From: Candidatus Saccharimonadia bacterium
GTDB taxonomy: Bacteria > Patescibacteriota > Saccharimonadia > UBA4664 > JBBRNT01
Direction: 5' to 3'
DNA: 64,000 bases
Assembly (NCBI GenBank): GCA_038230095.1
Contig: JBBRNT010000001.1
Span: 112,848-176,847, forward strand
Position 1 is the first letter of the stretch, and each line of letters begins with the position of its first letter. The position numbers and the translations under genes are program-made. A model generated the notes under the pieces. The model was not told the DNA's origin. It ran no database searches and worked only from the letters and a program-made list of their open reading frames with translations. Shown here piece after piece: positions 44,152 through 53,826 of this stretch.

Positions 44152-45676
44152 CGTTGCCATTTCGGCGGTAGGCGTAGAACGCAAGGCAGGCTAGTCCTAG
44201 TAGCTGGGGCCAGATAGTCCATTCGCCTAGCCGAGAGTAGGGCGTGAGGGTGGTTTGTGGCTGGATGCGGGCACTGATCACATCTAGCCCGTCGATGGGG
44301 GAAGAGGCAATTAATTTGCCATTAGCATCCAGGACGTAGCTAGCACCTGCCCGCGCTGACTGGATAAATGGCCTGGCATTCGCGATAGCTATGAAACGAC
44401 TAAAGTGCTTTGATTGTTCGAAGTAGATTGGTGCATTGCTGAAAATACCCAGAGCGGCACTATTGGTAAGTACTTGTGCGCCACCACGAGTGAGCTTTTG
44501 GTAGAGGTCTGGTGCTATCACTCCAGAGCAAGCAAGGCTGCCAATTTCGGTATTTCCGGCAGAGGCAAATGGGTGTGGGGTAATTCTGGTGCCAGTAATT
44601 GTGCGGTATTTTTCGAAGTAATCGACTAGGTCTCTGAACCCCAGTCCAAGGGCCACCCACTTCACTACGTAGGGCAAGAACTCACCAGTAGGGACTAGGA
44701 AACTCTTAGGTTGTTCATAGCTGATATTGCCGGCGGAGTCTCTGACAACAATGATGTTTGACAGGGTATTTGCGGAATTGCTATCTTGGTCATCCAATAC
44801 GGTGCCATCGGTCCGGGCTAGAGCAGCTAAATTCTGGTCGCTAGTTGGCTGCTTGCCGTCGAAGAACCGGGAGTACTCTGTGAGGACGAGTAGCTGGGCG
44901 GGTTGCACAGACTTGCTTGATAGAAGTTGTGTAAGATTGGCCTGGTAATTGGTATCAGACTCACCAAGCTGCAGCACATTTACGGAGACTTGCCTTGTGT
45001 GCTGGAGTGGCCATACCCAGCCGAGCACGGAAATGGCAACCAATCCAGCCAGCATTAAAGTAGCAGTACGCCACTGTCGGTTCAGCGACATGTAGAGAGT
45101 AATATTGGCCATAACTACGAGTAGACTTAGACCAAATAAGCCAACAATCCTTGAGGCAGGCCCCAGCCAGGTGGTAGCTCCAGCCAATCCGAGCACCCCA
45201 AAATTCCAGTAACTGCCTAGGCTGGCACCCGGTCCAGCAGTGAAGATCGAGAAAAGCCAACTACGGGCGTATTCACAGAGCACCCATAAGACCGCAAAGG
45301 TGGATAGCCGGGCCAGGCCGGCGGGTAGTTTGCTCGCAATGTATTTGTACCCCAAGCCCAGTATCATGAACCCGCTGGATAAAAATAGACAGGCAAGCAG
45401 CCACACAATACCAATGAGACTCTGCACGACCCAGCCACTGGTATTACCCCAAGTAACTGGATTGGTATTGAGCATCCAGCTACAAGCCAGGCAACAGTAG
45501 ATAAGGCCAGTGACCCAAAACAATAGGATACTGCGCTTACCCTGGAATTTTTCTAAGAATATGAACAACGGAATAAGACAAAGTAACACAAGCCACTGGA
45601 AATGGGGGATACAGAATGCTGCTGTGGATAGGGTAAGCCACGCAGATAGGAGTAAAAATTGTTTGGTTCGATGCAT
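44132..45676 (-). CDS. lnt: Apolipoprotein N-acyltransferase-like protein
   Basis: Multi-TM N-terminus (W.L.E..RSW, G.FGLS), nitrilase triad LTE / K..LVP.GE..P / LAC, terminal T.TPY.R.GEW. Confidence 0.82.
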   Translation of the reverse strand: MHRTKQFLLLSAWLTLSTAAFCIPHFQWLVLLCLIPLFIFLEKFQGKRSILLFWVTGLIYCCLACSWMLNTNPVTWGNTSGWVVQSLIGIVWLLACLFLSSGFMILGLGYKYIASKLPAGLARLSTFAVLWVLCEYARSWLFSIFTAGPGASLGSYWNFGVLGLAGATTWLGPASRIVGLFGLSLLVVMANITLYMSLNRQWRTATLMLAGLVAISVLGWVWPLQHTRQVSVNVLQLGESDTNYQANLTQLLSSKSVQPAQLLVLTEYSRFFDGKQPTSDQNLAALARTDGTVLDDQDSNSANTLSNIIVVRDSAGNISYEQPKSFLVPTGEFLPYVVKWVALGLGFRDLVDYFEKYRTITGTRITPHPFASAGNTEIGSLACSGVIAPDLYQKLTRGGAQVLTNSAALGIFSNAPIYFEQSKHFSRFIAIANARPFIQSARAGASYVLDANGKLIASSPIDGLDVISARIQPQTTLTPYSRLGEWTIWPQLLGLACLAFYAYRRNGNEKSPAA

Positions 45677-45730
45677 TGTTTCCCACTCATAATGCTTTTG
45701 CTATAGTATAGTGTACAAGATGGATGTTAC

Positions 45731-46297
45731 ATGAAGCTGTCACGATACAAGCTTGGAGTCATAATAGTTCTCGTCGTAATCGCTGCTGTCGGTGGTGCGC
45801 TATTTTTTCGTTCAGTCGTCTTGAATGCTCAAAAGAAGGCGAACCAACGCCACGGTGTGCAGCCAACAAAGGCCGAGGAGGGCATTGCCGTCGTGGCAGC
45901 TTTGGTTGCTAAGGATAGCGCCTCGGCAGCGGAGCTGAAACAGGCCAAAACCGACTTGCTTAATCAGCTGGCCAAAGCTACAACCATTCCGGATAAAGTG
46001 GCAATATTGGATACGCTCACGGTTGTTTGCCAAAAGCAGAAGGATCTGGTCTGCGCTAACGAGTACCAAGTACAGGTTTTGCAACTGGACCCCTCCAACT
46101 ACGATAATCTAGTTTCTGCGGGGGAGGCTGCACAGGCTGCGGGCAAGTATGCCGACGCATTAGCTGATTTCCAGAAAGCATTAACGGCTCTTGATACAAA
46201 GTCGAAGAATTACTCATACATGAAAGACTACGTGGACGGCAAGATTACTGAGCTACTGGCGCTGATTGCAAAACCGGCGACTAAGGGCAAATCATGA
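45731..46297 (+). CDS. Membrane-anchored TPR protein
   Basis: N-terminal TM; VLQLDPS.....G......GKY..A...FQKAL TPR pattern. Confidence 0.75.
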   Translation: MKLSRYKLGVIIVLVVIAAVGGALFFRSVVLNAQKKANQRHGVQPTKAEEGIAVVAALVAKDSASAAELKQAKTDLLNQLAKATTIPDKVAILDTLTVVCQKQKDLVCANEYQVQVLQLDPSNYDNLVSAGEAAQAAGKYADALADFQKALTALDTKSKNYSYMKDYVDGKITELLALIAKPATKGKS

Positions 46298-49200
46298 AGC
46301 GCCTACTCCTACTTATCCCAGTATTATTTGCTACCTTGGTCATGTCCGGGGCTGCACATGCGGCTGCCTGGAGCTTGACTGATACACTGCCAGACCCTGC
46401 ATCCAATGGCCCTGAGATTTACCTAGACATAGCCAAAAGCGGCTGCGGGATTAGGCTGGATGCCCCTATAAGCTATACCAAGGCCTATTATGCAAACGGT
46501 ACGGTAGACTTTAAAGTAAATATAATTGATGGCGACTATGGCGCGGACGGGGCATCGGTGGACTACGGCGGCTGGGGCGGCAATGTAAATCGCGATGCTG
46601 TCTACGATCTATACCCGCTAGACGCGAACGGGAACATTCAGGGAGGCAAGGCACCTGGTGGAGCTGCAAGCGCAGTAGCTGGTCGTACCAATGCTACGGG
46701 TGACGCTGTTTCGCGACACCTAGGCAATGAAATGCCCACTTCCGGCTTTGAGGTGAACTTGACGGCCGAAAACCGTCAACCAACCCAGCGGATTACTAGC
46801 CTAGGCTTATATGGCGTGCTAATTGTAGCCTACTGGTATAACAATAGTTTCTGCGGGCGCATCAATGGGTATAAGCTGCAGGCTATTGGTACTACTGGCG
46901 GCAAAGGTGGTGCTGGCAAATACGCATATATGGGCTATGTAGCCTCTTTTGATGATCCATTCCAGAACGGCACAGGAAGCTATCCGCAAGCTGTTGGCGC
47001 CATGCCTCTATCACTCAGTGGCAAGAAAACCATTGATTTCAAAAGTGGCGTACCATGCGACTTTGAGACGAATCCCGCCTATAACAACACGCTACATCTG
47101 CGATGGCAGGATGCAGATGCCGGAAGTAGGCCTGGGTCCAGTCCGGCGAACGCGGGAATTGGTTTCACTATTACCCAGTACCGAACTGATGCAGGCGGCA
47201 ACCTAGTGCAAGTCGCAGCATTTTCAATAACGGACCCAGCAGATAACTTTGCCCTTGGTGGTAATGGCGAATTCCGCGACTTGGCGTTTACTAGGGCTGG
47301 CGGCGGGACGTACACAGCGGCGTTATCCGGTTCGAATATTCCAGGATCAATTGATGTAACCGGAACTATCGTGGCCCAAAGCGGAGTACAGATAGCAATT
47401 CAGAATAATGATAAATTCGAGTGGAAATGGACCCAAGTTCTGGTTGATAATCATCTGCAGTTGTGGGCACCATTTGATACTATATTTGGCTTTATAAATT
47501 GTACTCCTGCGAGGAACGACTCCATTTGCAGCTGGTCAGGAGGCATACCCGGCAGCGTTCCGGCGGGGAGCACCTTTAACGCCGGTATAACCATGCAAAA
47601 CAGTGGCACTACCACCTGGACGCCTGGGCCTGCCGGCGTGGTAAATTCGTACCTCTTAGGTACAGCGCAGCCACACGATAATACGATTTGGGGGCCAAGT
47701 AGGTATGGGCTGCCATTTGCGGTGGGACCCGGCGGGTCCGTCACCTTCAACGCCACGTTTACCGCACCAACCGCACCAGGAGACTATCCGTTCGCGTTCC
47801 AGATGCTGCAAGAGGGGGTGGAGTGGTTTGGTGGGACCTGCTTTACTACGATAACTGTAAGTGCCATTAATAAAGCCAGCTGCTCAGTTATATTCACCGA
47901 TAGAGCCAGCTACGGCGCCGGTGACACTATAAATGCGGTGGTGCAGTTCTTTAACTCCGGCTCAAAGGACTGGTGGTCGGGCGCAAACTACCACATGGGC
48001 GAAATAGACGGTGTAGGATGGGTGCCGGGCGCCAGAGTGTGGATGCAGCCGAACGGGTATGGTAACCCCACGCCTGAGTGGGTCAGACCAGGACAGTACG
48101 CGACATTCAGCTTTGCAGTAACAGCACCGGCGACGCAAGGCACTTATCCGTTCTCCTGGCAGATGGTTCAAGACGGCGTGGAGTGGATTACCGGGGTGAA
48201 CCCAGTTTGTAGCCTAAATATCCCCGTGACGCAGCCATTCCAGTACACGCTCGATGAGTCCAGCTCCAGCGCTGTCTGGGGTGACCCTACATATCCTGTA
48301 GGCAATTTGGATCTGACCTCGGGCACCATTAATATGACATTCCTTATAAATCCACGGGCCGTGGCGCTGGCATTTGCTCGCACCGGTGACGCTTATAATC
48401 TAGCGCCCTACCTCTTCGGTGGGGGTGGCAGTGTGGCACAGTCTGGCACCTGGGGGCCAGGCCCTTGGAACGGTCAGCCTGGAATAGCACCGGGCGGGGG
48501 CGCCTCGTACTACGTACGCTACAATGTGCCGCGCACCACCCCAGATGGAACCGTCTTCTGTGTGTACTCGGGTATTACGCCGCACGCTTCGTTTGATGGC
48601 GGCCAGCTGCTCTCAAACATCCTTTGTTATACCATTGCGAACCCTCGGTATCCTTATCTGACCACGAGCCAGGGTGATGTACACGCTGGTGCTGCGCCAA
48701 CCTGTACGCTTCCTGGAAGTACGCCGAACAATATTAAGGGCGTGACCGTCCTGAACCAAGGCTCCGTTGGCCAGTTCATAGTGTCGGCTGGTGGGACTAT
48801 TACCGACTTCTCGTCAGGTGGAGTACAGGGGAGTAGTGGGCAGAGTCTACCCGGCTATGGGACCATCTGTAGGCCAGACCTAATAGCCCGGGCCCAGCAG
48901 TACCGCACTGACTACGGCTCTGTTGACCCCGGTGCGTCCTTTGCCCCAACTGCCTACGTACCCGGTACGCTAGCGAGCCGCCTGCTGTACCACGTGGGCC
49001 CGGTAACGCTACAGGCCGGTACCATCTCTGGACGCTATAGCCTAGTAGTTATTGGCGACCTTACCATCAATGGCAACTTGAGCTATGACGGTACACCCCG
49101 GGCGCTGGTGGACCTGCCTTCCCTGGGCATAATTGTGACCGGTAATGTATATATAAGCCCCGGAGTAACTACCATGGTCGGTGCAGTGTTTGCCAACGGC

Positions 49201-49452
49201 ACCATAGACACCTGTAGCCCTTACCAGGCAACGAATTGCAATAACTCCCTGTTTTTGGACGGCTCCATGTACGCCAAGAGCTTTAATTTCAAACGCACTG
49301 GCAACGGAATCCAGGGTGGAGTAGACCAGGGCTTTGCCGAGAATATCCATGGCTCAACCCGTCTGTACATAGCGCCACCACCGGGCTTCAAGGACCTAGC
49401 ACCGATCCAATCTCAGAGCCAAGCACCAAACGAAAAACCACCATCCTACTAG
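46294..49452 (+). CDS. Large secreted multidomain protein (two NBR1-like Ig domains), candidate pilus-associated adhesin
   Basis: Signal peptide ending AHA; two N.G...W..V.PG...F...AP...G.YPF..QM..GVEW repeats; PY....GDVHAG; immediately upstream of pilM. Confidence 0.75.
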   Translation: MKRLLLLIPVLFATLVMSGAAHAAAWSLTDTLPDPASNGPEIYLDIAKSGCGIRLDAPISYTKAYYANGTVDFKVNIIDGDYGADGASVDYGGWGGNVNRDAVYDLYPLDANGNIQGGKAPGGAASAVAGRTNATGDAVSRHLGNEMPTSGFEVNLTAENRQPTQRITSLGLYGVLIVAYWYNNSFCGRINGYKLQAIGTTGGKGGAGKYAYMGYVASFDDPFQNGTGSYPQAVGAMPLSLSGKKTIDFKSGVPCDFETNPAYNNTLHLRWQDADAGSRPGSSPANAGIGFTITQYRTDAGGNLVQVAAFSITDPADNFALGGNGEFRDLAFTRAGGGTYTAALSGSNIPGSIDVTGTIVAQSGVQIAIQNNDKFEWKWTQVLVDNHLQLWAPFDTIFGFINCTPARNDSICSWSGGIPGSVPAGSTFNAGITMQNSGTTTWTPGPAGVVNSYLLGTAQPHDNTIWGPSRYGLPFAVGPGGSVTFNATFTAPTAPGDYPFAFQMLQEGVEWFGGTCFTTITVSAINKASCSVIFTDRASYGAGDTINAVVQFFNSGSKDWWSGANYHMGEIDGVGWVPGARVWMQPNGYGNPTPEWVRPGQYATFSFAVTAPATQGTYPFSWQMVQDGVEWITGVNPVCSLNIPVTQPFQYTLDESSSSAVWGDPTYPVGNLDLTSGTINMTFLINPRAVALAFARTGDAYNLAPYLFGGGGSVAQSGTWGPGPWNGQPGIAPGGGASYYVRYNVPRTTPDGTVFCVYSGITPHASFDGGQLLSNILCYTIANPRYPYLTTSQGDVHAGAAPTCTLPGSTPNNIKGVTVLNQGSVGQFIVSAGGTITDFSSGGVQGSSGQSLPGYGTICRPDLIARAQQYRTDYGSVDPGASFAPTAYVPGTLASRLLYHVGPVTLQAGTISGRYSLVVIGDLTINGNLSYDGTPRALVDLPSLGIIVTGNVYISPGVTTMVGAVFANGTIDTCSPYQATNCNNSLFLDGSMYAKSFNFKRTGNGIQGGVDQGFAENIHGSTRLYIAPPPGFKDLAPIQSQSQAPNEKPPSY

Positions 49453-49525
49453 CACGGATGGTGCGGTAAAAAAAGCCGCTGATCCAGCGTAGACAAGCCA
49501 TAGTTGTTATGCTAATGTCGAAGCA

Positions 49526-50563
49526 ATGGCATTATTTAATACAGACAATGACTACTTCGGTTTAGACATTGGCGAGACGGGTATCCGGCTGGTCCAGCTA
49601 CGCAAGTCGGCTGGTAAACCGGTGCTGGTGACGCTTGGGGATATACCCGTGCCGGGTAACTTGCTTATGAGCGATGCCCCGATCGACCAGGATAAGCTGT
49701 CCAGTATCATCCGCCAGCTAGTGAAGGATCTGGGTGTGTCGACAAATAGCGTGGCGCTTGGTCTGCCAGCCAATAAGGTCTATGCTGCCGTGATAACCAC
49801 CCCGAAACTGACCGAAGCCGAGCTGTCGAAGGCTATCCGCTTCCAGGCTGATCAGTACGTACCGGTGGCAATTGACCAGGTGAAGTTGGATTGGACGGTA
49901 CTAGGACCCGGCAAGACCGACAACGAGCTGGAAGTTCTACTAGTAGCGTGCCCCAATACTGTAGCCGACAAATACCTATCTATCGCCGAGAACGCGGGGC
50001 TAGACGTAATGTCTTTGGAGACAAACTCTATGGCGCTGTACCGGGCAGTGGTCCCTACTGGCAGTCCGGCAGTGGTGGTGATTGATATTGCCAATACCGA
50101 CACTGATCTGGCCATTGTCTACAATGATACCCCTCGCTTGTTGCGCTCTATTGCGGTGGGCGGAAATACATTCCTAAAGGTTGTGTCGCAAGGTCTGGGA
50201 CTTGATGAAGTGCAGGCAGACCAGTTCATTAAGAAATTTGGTCTGACGCAAACCAAGCTCGAAGGACAGGTCTACAAAGCCATTAAGCCCAGCATTGACC
50301 TCCTGATTGAAGAAGTGGGGAAGAGCATTAAGTTCTTTGCTACTCGCTACCCAGAGGTAAAAATTGAGAAGCTCGTGCTGACTGGTGGTAGCTCACAGAT
50401 GCTGGAGCTTCCGACCTATCTGGCGAATGCAACCAGGCTACCAGTTGAAATTGCTAACCCGTGGATTAATATAGGCTACCCAGCAAGCATGCACGAGCGA
50501 CTGCTGGGCCTGGCCCACACCTATGGTGTGGCAGCTGGCCTTGCCCAAAGGATGTACCTGTAA
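49526..50563 (+). CDS. pilM: Type IV pilus assembly protein PilM
   Basis: FGLDIG...IRLVQL, VVIDI, LTGG.S, A.GLA.R actin-like fold. Confidence 0.92.
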   Translation: MALFNTDNDYFGLDIGETGIRLVQLRKSAGKPVLVTLGDIPVPGNLLMSDAPIDQDKLSSIIRQLVKDLGVSTNSVALGLPANKVYAAVITTPKLTEAELSKAIRFQADQYVPVAIDQVKLDWTVLGPGKTDNELEVLLVACPNTVADKYLSIAENAGLDVMSLETNSMALYRAVVPTGSPAVVVIDIANTDTDLAIVYNDTPRLLRSIAVGGNTFLKVVSQGLGLDEVQADQFIKKFGLTQTKLEGQVYKAIKPSIDLLIEEVGKSIKFFATRYPEVKIEKLVLTGGSSQMLELPTYLANATRLPVEIANPWINIGYPASMHERLLGLAHTYGVAAGLAQRMYL

Positions 50564-51159
50564 TGGCTGTAAGCATTAATCTGCTACCCGATGTTCGTCA
50601 GGCCCGAATTCGGGATGCGGAACGACGCCAGCTACTCAGCATAGTGCTAGTGGGCACACTCGTACTATGTGGCCTGGTGGCCGGGGGACTGTTTGCCGTA
50701 ACCACCGCGCAACAGAGCCAAATTAAGGGGCTATCGGCGAGTATTACTGACAAGAAGGCCCAACTGACCAAGGACCCCGACCTAATTAAGATTCTGACTG
50801 CGCAGCAACAAGTGAGCAGCCTAGACCGGCTGCTGACCAATAAGCGCTATGTCACCAAAGTATTCAATATTTTGACTGAGATCTCGCCTACAGCTAAGGA
50901 ACTCATGCTGACTAATCTAGAAATTGACGACAAGAACCTAATGAAGGTGACTGTAACGGGCCGAGACTTCTTGGTGGCCGATCGATTCGTTAAGGCACTA
51001 GTGGCTAGCAACGTCAAGATTGGTAGCAAGGCGGCCGAGGGTAACCTACCAGACTTTACCAATGTGCAGCTATCGACGGTGGCAACGGATACTGGCAGTC
51101 GGACAATATTTAGTATAACGATGCAATTAGCTGATGGAGTGTATGATGCCAAGCGCTAA
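50563..51159 (+). CDS. pilN: PilN-like protein
   Basis: INLLP motif, TM, coiled coil; follows pilM. Confidence 0.85.
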   Translation: MAVSINLLPDVRQARIRDAERRQLLSIVLVGTLVLCGLVAGGLFAVTTAQQSQIKGLSASITDKKAQLTKDPDLIKILTAQQQVSSLDRLLTNKRYVTKVFNILTEISPTAKELMLTNLEIDDKNLMKVTVTGRDFLVADRFVKALVASNVKIGSKAAEGNLPDFTNVQLSTVATDTGSRTIFSITMQLADGVYDAKR

Positions 51160-51757
51160 ACAACAAAAAGCCGAGCTTAGCTTCAATAACTACCTTATGC
51201 TGGTGGTCTTGGTTTGCATACTAGCTGTGGGGGCGACGGTATTTGCCGCAAACACTATGGTACAGAGCTACTTGCGCAATCAGAAACTGATTACCGGCAA
51301 GACGGCAGCCGACAAGCAGCTAAGCGAGAACATTGATTCTTTCGGTAAGCTAAAACAGCAGTATGGTGGACTCGGCGCTACTGCCGACTACCTAAACCTA
51401 GCGCTGCCTTCTGTGCCCAACTATCCAGGCTTGGTTTCGACGGTGGCCAATATGGCCGGTATTAGCGGGGTTAAGCTGAAGTCCATTGCACCCGCAGAGA
51501 CTACGGACTCTGCCAATGCTATAGCAGCGGCACCTTCGGCAAATGCACCTGTCACCTATCCTGTGAACGTGATCGTGGACGGTAACTATGCGGCTGTTCA
51601 GACCTTTCTGAAGAATATGGAGCTATCAGCCAGGCAGTTCAAGATTACCACCTTGAGTATAACCGGCCCAAGCGCTGCCCAGACACTGACTATAAGCGTA
51701 CTGGCTTATCACCAGACAGCTGCGACAATCACCGAAAAGACGGAGGCAGTTAAATGA
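51143..51757 (+). CDS. pilO: PilO-like protein
   Basis: TM, ALP....P, G.Y.....FL...E.S.R; follows pilN. Confidence 0.8.
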   Translation: MMPSAKQQKAELSFNNYLMLVVLVCILAVGATVFAANTMVQSYLRNQKLITGKTAADKQLSENIDSFGKLKQQYGGLGATADYLNLALPSVPNYPGLVSTVANMAGISGVKLKSIAPAETTDSANAIAAAPSANAPVTYPVNVIVDGNYAAVQTFLKNMELSARQFKITTLSITGPSAAQTLTISVLAYHQTAATITEKTEAVK

Positions 51758-52017
51758 AACGCAAAGACGTCACCTATCTAATAATTACGGTGGTCATTCT
51801 AGCTGCGACGGGTATTATGGCCTACTTCTTCCTGTTCCCCCAGAAGTCGACGGGCACTGGTGCTAAATCTAGCTATGAAGTCATAACCCCGATCGACGCT
51901 ACGCTTACTGGTGATAAGCTCAATCGTATCCTTGATTCCACGAAGCTGAAAGACTTCAGCGTTCCAGTAGACCTAAAGGGTCTTGGCAATACGACGCCGT
52001 TTGGACCGTTGCAATAA
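51754..52017 (+). CDS. Small membrane protein in the PilP position
   Basis: N-terminal TM and C-terminal G..TPF; translationally coupled. Confidence 0.65.
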   Translation: MKRKDVTYLIITVVILAATGIMAYFFLFPQKSTGTGAKSSYEVITPIDATLTGDKLNRILDSTKLKDFSVPVDLKGLGNTTPFGPLQ

Positions 52018-52035
52018 CCGACAGGGGAGGGCCAG

Positions 52036-53826
52036 ATGCTATCGGTTGAGAGCCAGCAACGAATTGAGAAACTGCTACTGTCGAACAATATTATTTCCAA
52101 GCCTGACCTAGAGAAGGCCCGTCTAGATGCCATTGCTTCGAACAAGCCGCTCTTGACCTACCTGGCTGAGAAGCAGCTAGTGGCGGACGAAGAGCTGACT
52201 AAGGTCTCGGCCCAGGCCTCTACAGTGCCGTATGTGAACCTGACTGGCGTGTCTGTAGTGAAGGATATACTAGATGCACTCCCTAAGACGAGCGCTGAGA
52301 CCTATATGGCCGTGCCGTTTGGACAGCTCCAAGGCCGCTTAGCAGTAGCCATGCTCGACCCCACCAATGTGCAGGCCATAGACTTCCTCGCACGCAAGAG
52401 CGGTCGACAGATTGCCTCGTTCATGGCCTCTCGGGCTAGCATTGAGCACGTTCTGAGCCAGTATCGTAGCGATGTGGGCGCAGACGTGAGCGCTGCCATC
52501 CAGAATGCCGATAATGCAGTGGTGCCAACGGCTTCACAAAATCGGCAAGCGGCGGCAGATACCAAGGAGCTTCAGAACCTGGTTCAGGATGCTCCAATCA
52601 CCAGGGCACTGAATGCCATCCTCGACTACGCTGCACAGTCTCGAGCGTCGGATATTCATATTGAGCCGCGCGAGAATGAGCTAGCTATCCGTTACCGAAT
52701 CGACGGGATCCTTCAAGAATCCATGAAGCTTCCGAAGTCGGTTGAACCAGCGCTAATTAGCCGAATAAAGATTTTATCCAATTTGAAGATTGATGAGCAC
52801 CGCATCCCCCAAGACGGGCAGTTCCAGATACATTCCGGCGGTAAAGACATAGACCTGCGTATTGCTATTGCGCCCGTGGTGCACGGAGAGCAGGTGGTCA
52901 TACGGTTGCTCGACAAGAGCTCAACGGTATTGACGCTGGAGTCGCTGGGGTTCAAGGGCCGGGCATTTCGACTTATTAAGGAGGGTATCCACCGGCCACA
53001 CGGTATGACGCTGTCGACGGGTCCGACTGGGTCGGGTAAGTCAACCACACTGTACGCGGTGATCTCAGCTATTAACGATGTGGCGATCAATATTGTGACA
53101 CTGGAAGACCCGGTAGAGTACAAGATGGATGGTATCAACCAAATTCAGGTCAATAACGATGTGGGTCTGACATTTGCCTCCGGCCTGCGATCTATCCTAC
53201 GTCAAGACCCTAACGTGGTGATGGTAGGGGAGATCCGAGATAAGGAGACGGCCGATCTAGCCGTGCAAGCGGCACTGACGGGTCATACCGTGCTATCGAC
53301 GCTGCACACCAACTCCGCTGCCGGTGTCTTGCCCCGTATGCTCGACATGCAGATTGAGCCATTTCTGATAGCTTCTACTATTAACACCGTGATTGGTCAG
53401 CGACTAGTGCGTAAGCTTGGTGATGCAAAGGATGTGGAAACCTTTGAGTCCAACCAGCTCGAGACGGACTCTATTAACCGAGTGGTGGGGGACCTACTGC
53501 CCAAGACCAAGGCCGATGTGGCGCGAGTGGCGGAGGACCTAGGATACGATAACTTGCCCCTTGGTGGTCAAAACGCTTATACTTTATATAGACCAAAGAC
53601 ACGGGCCGACGGTAGCAAGAACTACAAGGGACGTATCGGGGTGTATGAGGTGTTTGCAATGACCGAAGCTATGGAAAAATTACTGCTCGGGCGTGCCACC
53701 ACTTCGGAGGTACAGACCCAGGCTCAGAAAGATGGAATGATAACGATGAAACAGGATGGTTACCTGAAGGCACTAGTGGGAATGACTACGCTCGAAGAAG
53801 TTGAGCGAGTGGCGGCGGACGCATAA
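52036..53826 (+). CDS. pilB: Type IV pilus extension ATPase PilB/GspE
   Basis: ASDIHIEP, R.PQDG, GPTGSGKSTT, TLEDPVEY, LRQDP...VGEIRD, TGH.V.STLHTN, KGRIG. Confidence 0.93.
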   Translation: MLSVESQQRIEKLLLSNNIISKPDLEKARLDAIASNKPLLTYLAEKQLVADEELTKVSAQASTVPYVNLTGVSVVKDILDALPKTSAETYMAVPFGQLQGRLAVAMLDPTNVQAIDFLARKSGRQIASFMASRASIEHVLSQYRSDVGADVSAAIQNADNAVVPTASQNRQAAADTKELQNLVQDAPITRALNAILDYAAQSRASDIHIEPRENELAIRYRIDGILQESMKLPKSVEPALISRIKILSNLKIDEHRIPQDGQFQIHSGGKDIDLRIAIAPVVHGEQVVIRLLDKSSTVLTLESLGFKGRAFRLIKEGIHRPHGMTLSTGPTGSGKSTTLYAVISAINDVAINIVTLEDPVEYKMDGINQIQVNNDVGLTFASGLRSILRQDPNVVMVGEIRDKETADLAVQAALTGHTVLSTLHTNSAAGVLPRMLDMQIEPFLIASTINTVIGQRLVRKLGDAKDVETFESNQLETDSINRVVGDLLPKTKADVARVAEDLGYDNLPLGGQNAYTLYRPKTRADGSKNYKGRIGVYEVFAMTEAMEKLLLGRATTSEVQTQAQKDGMITMKQDGYLKALVGMTTLEEVERVAADA

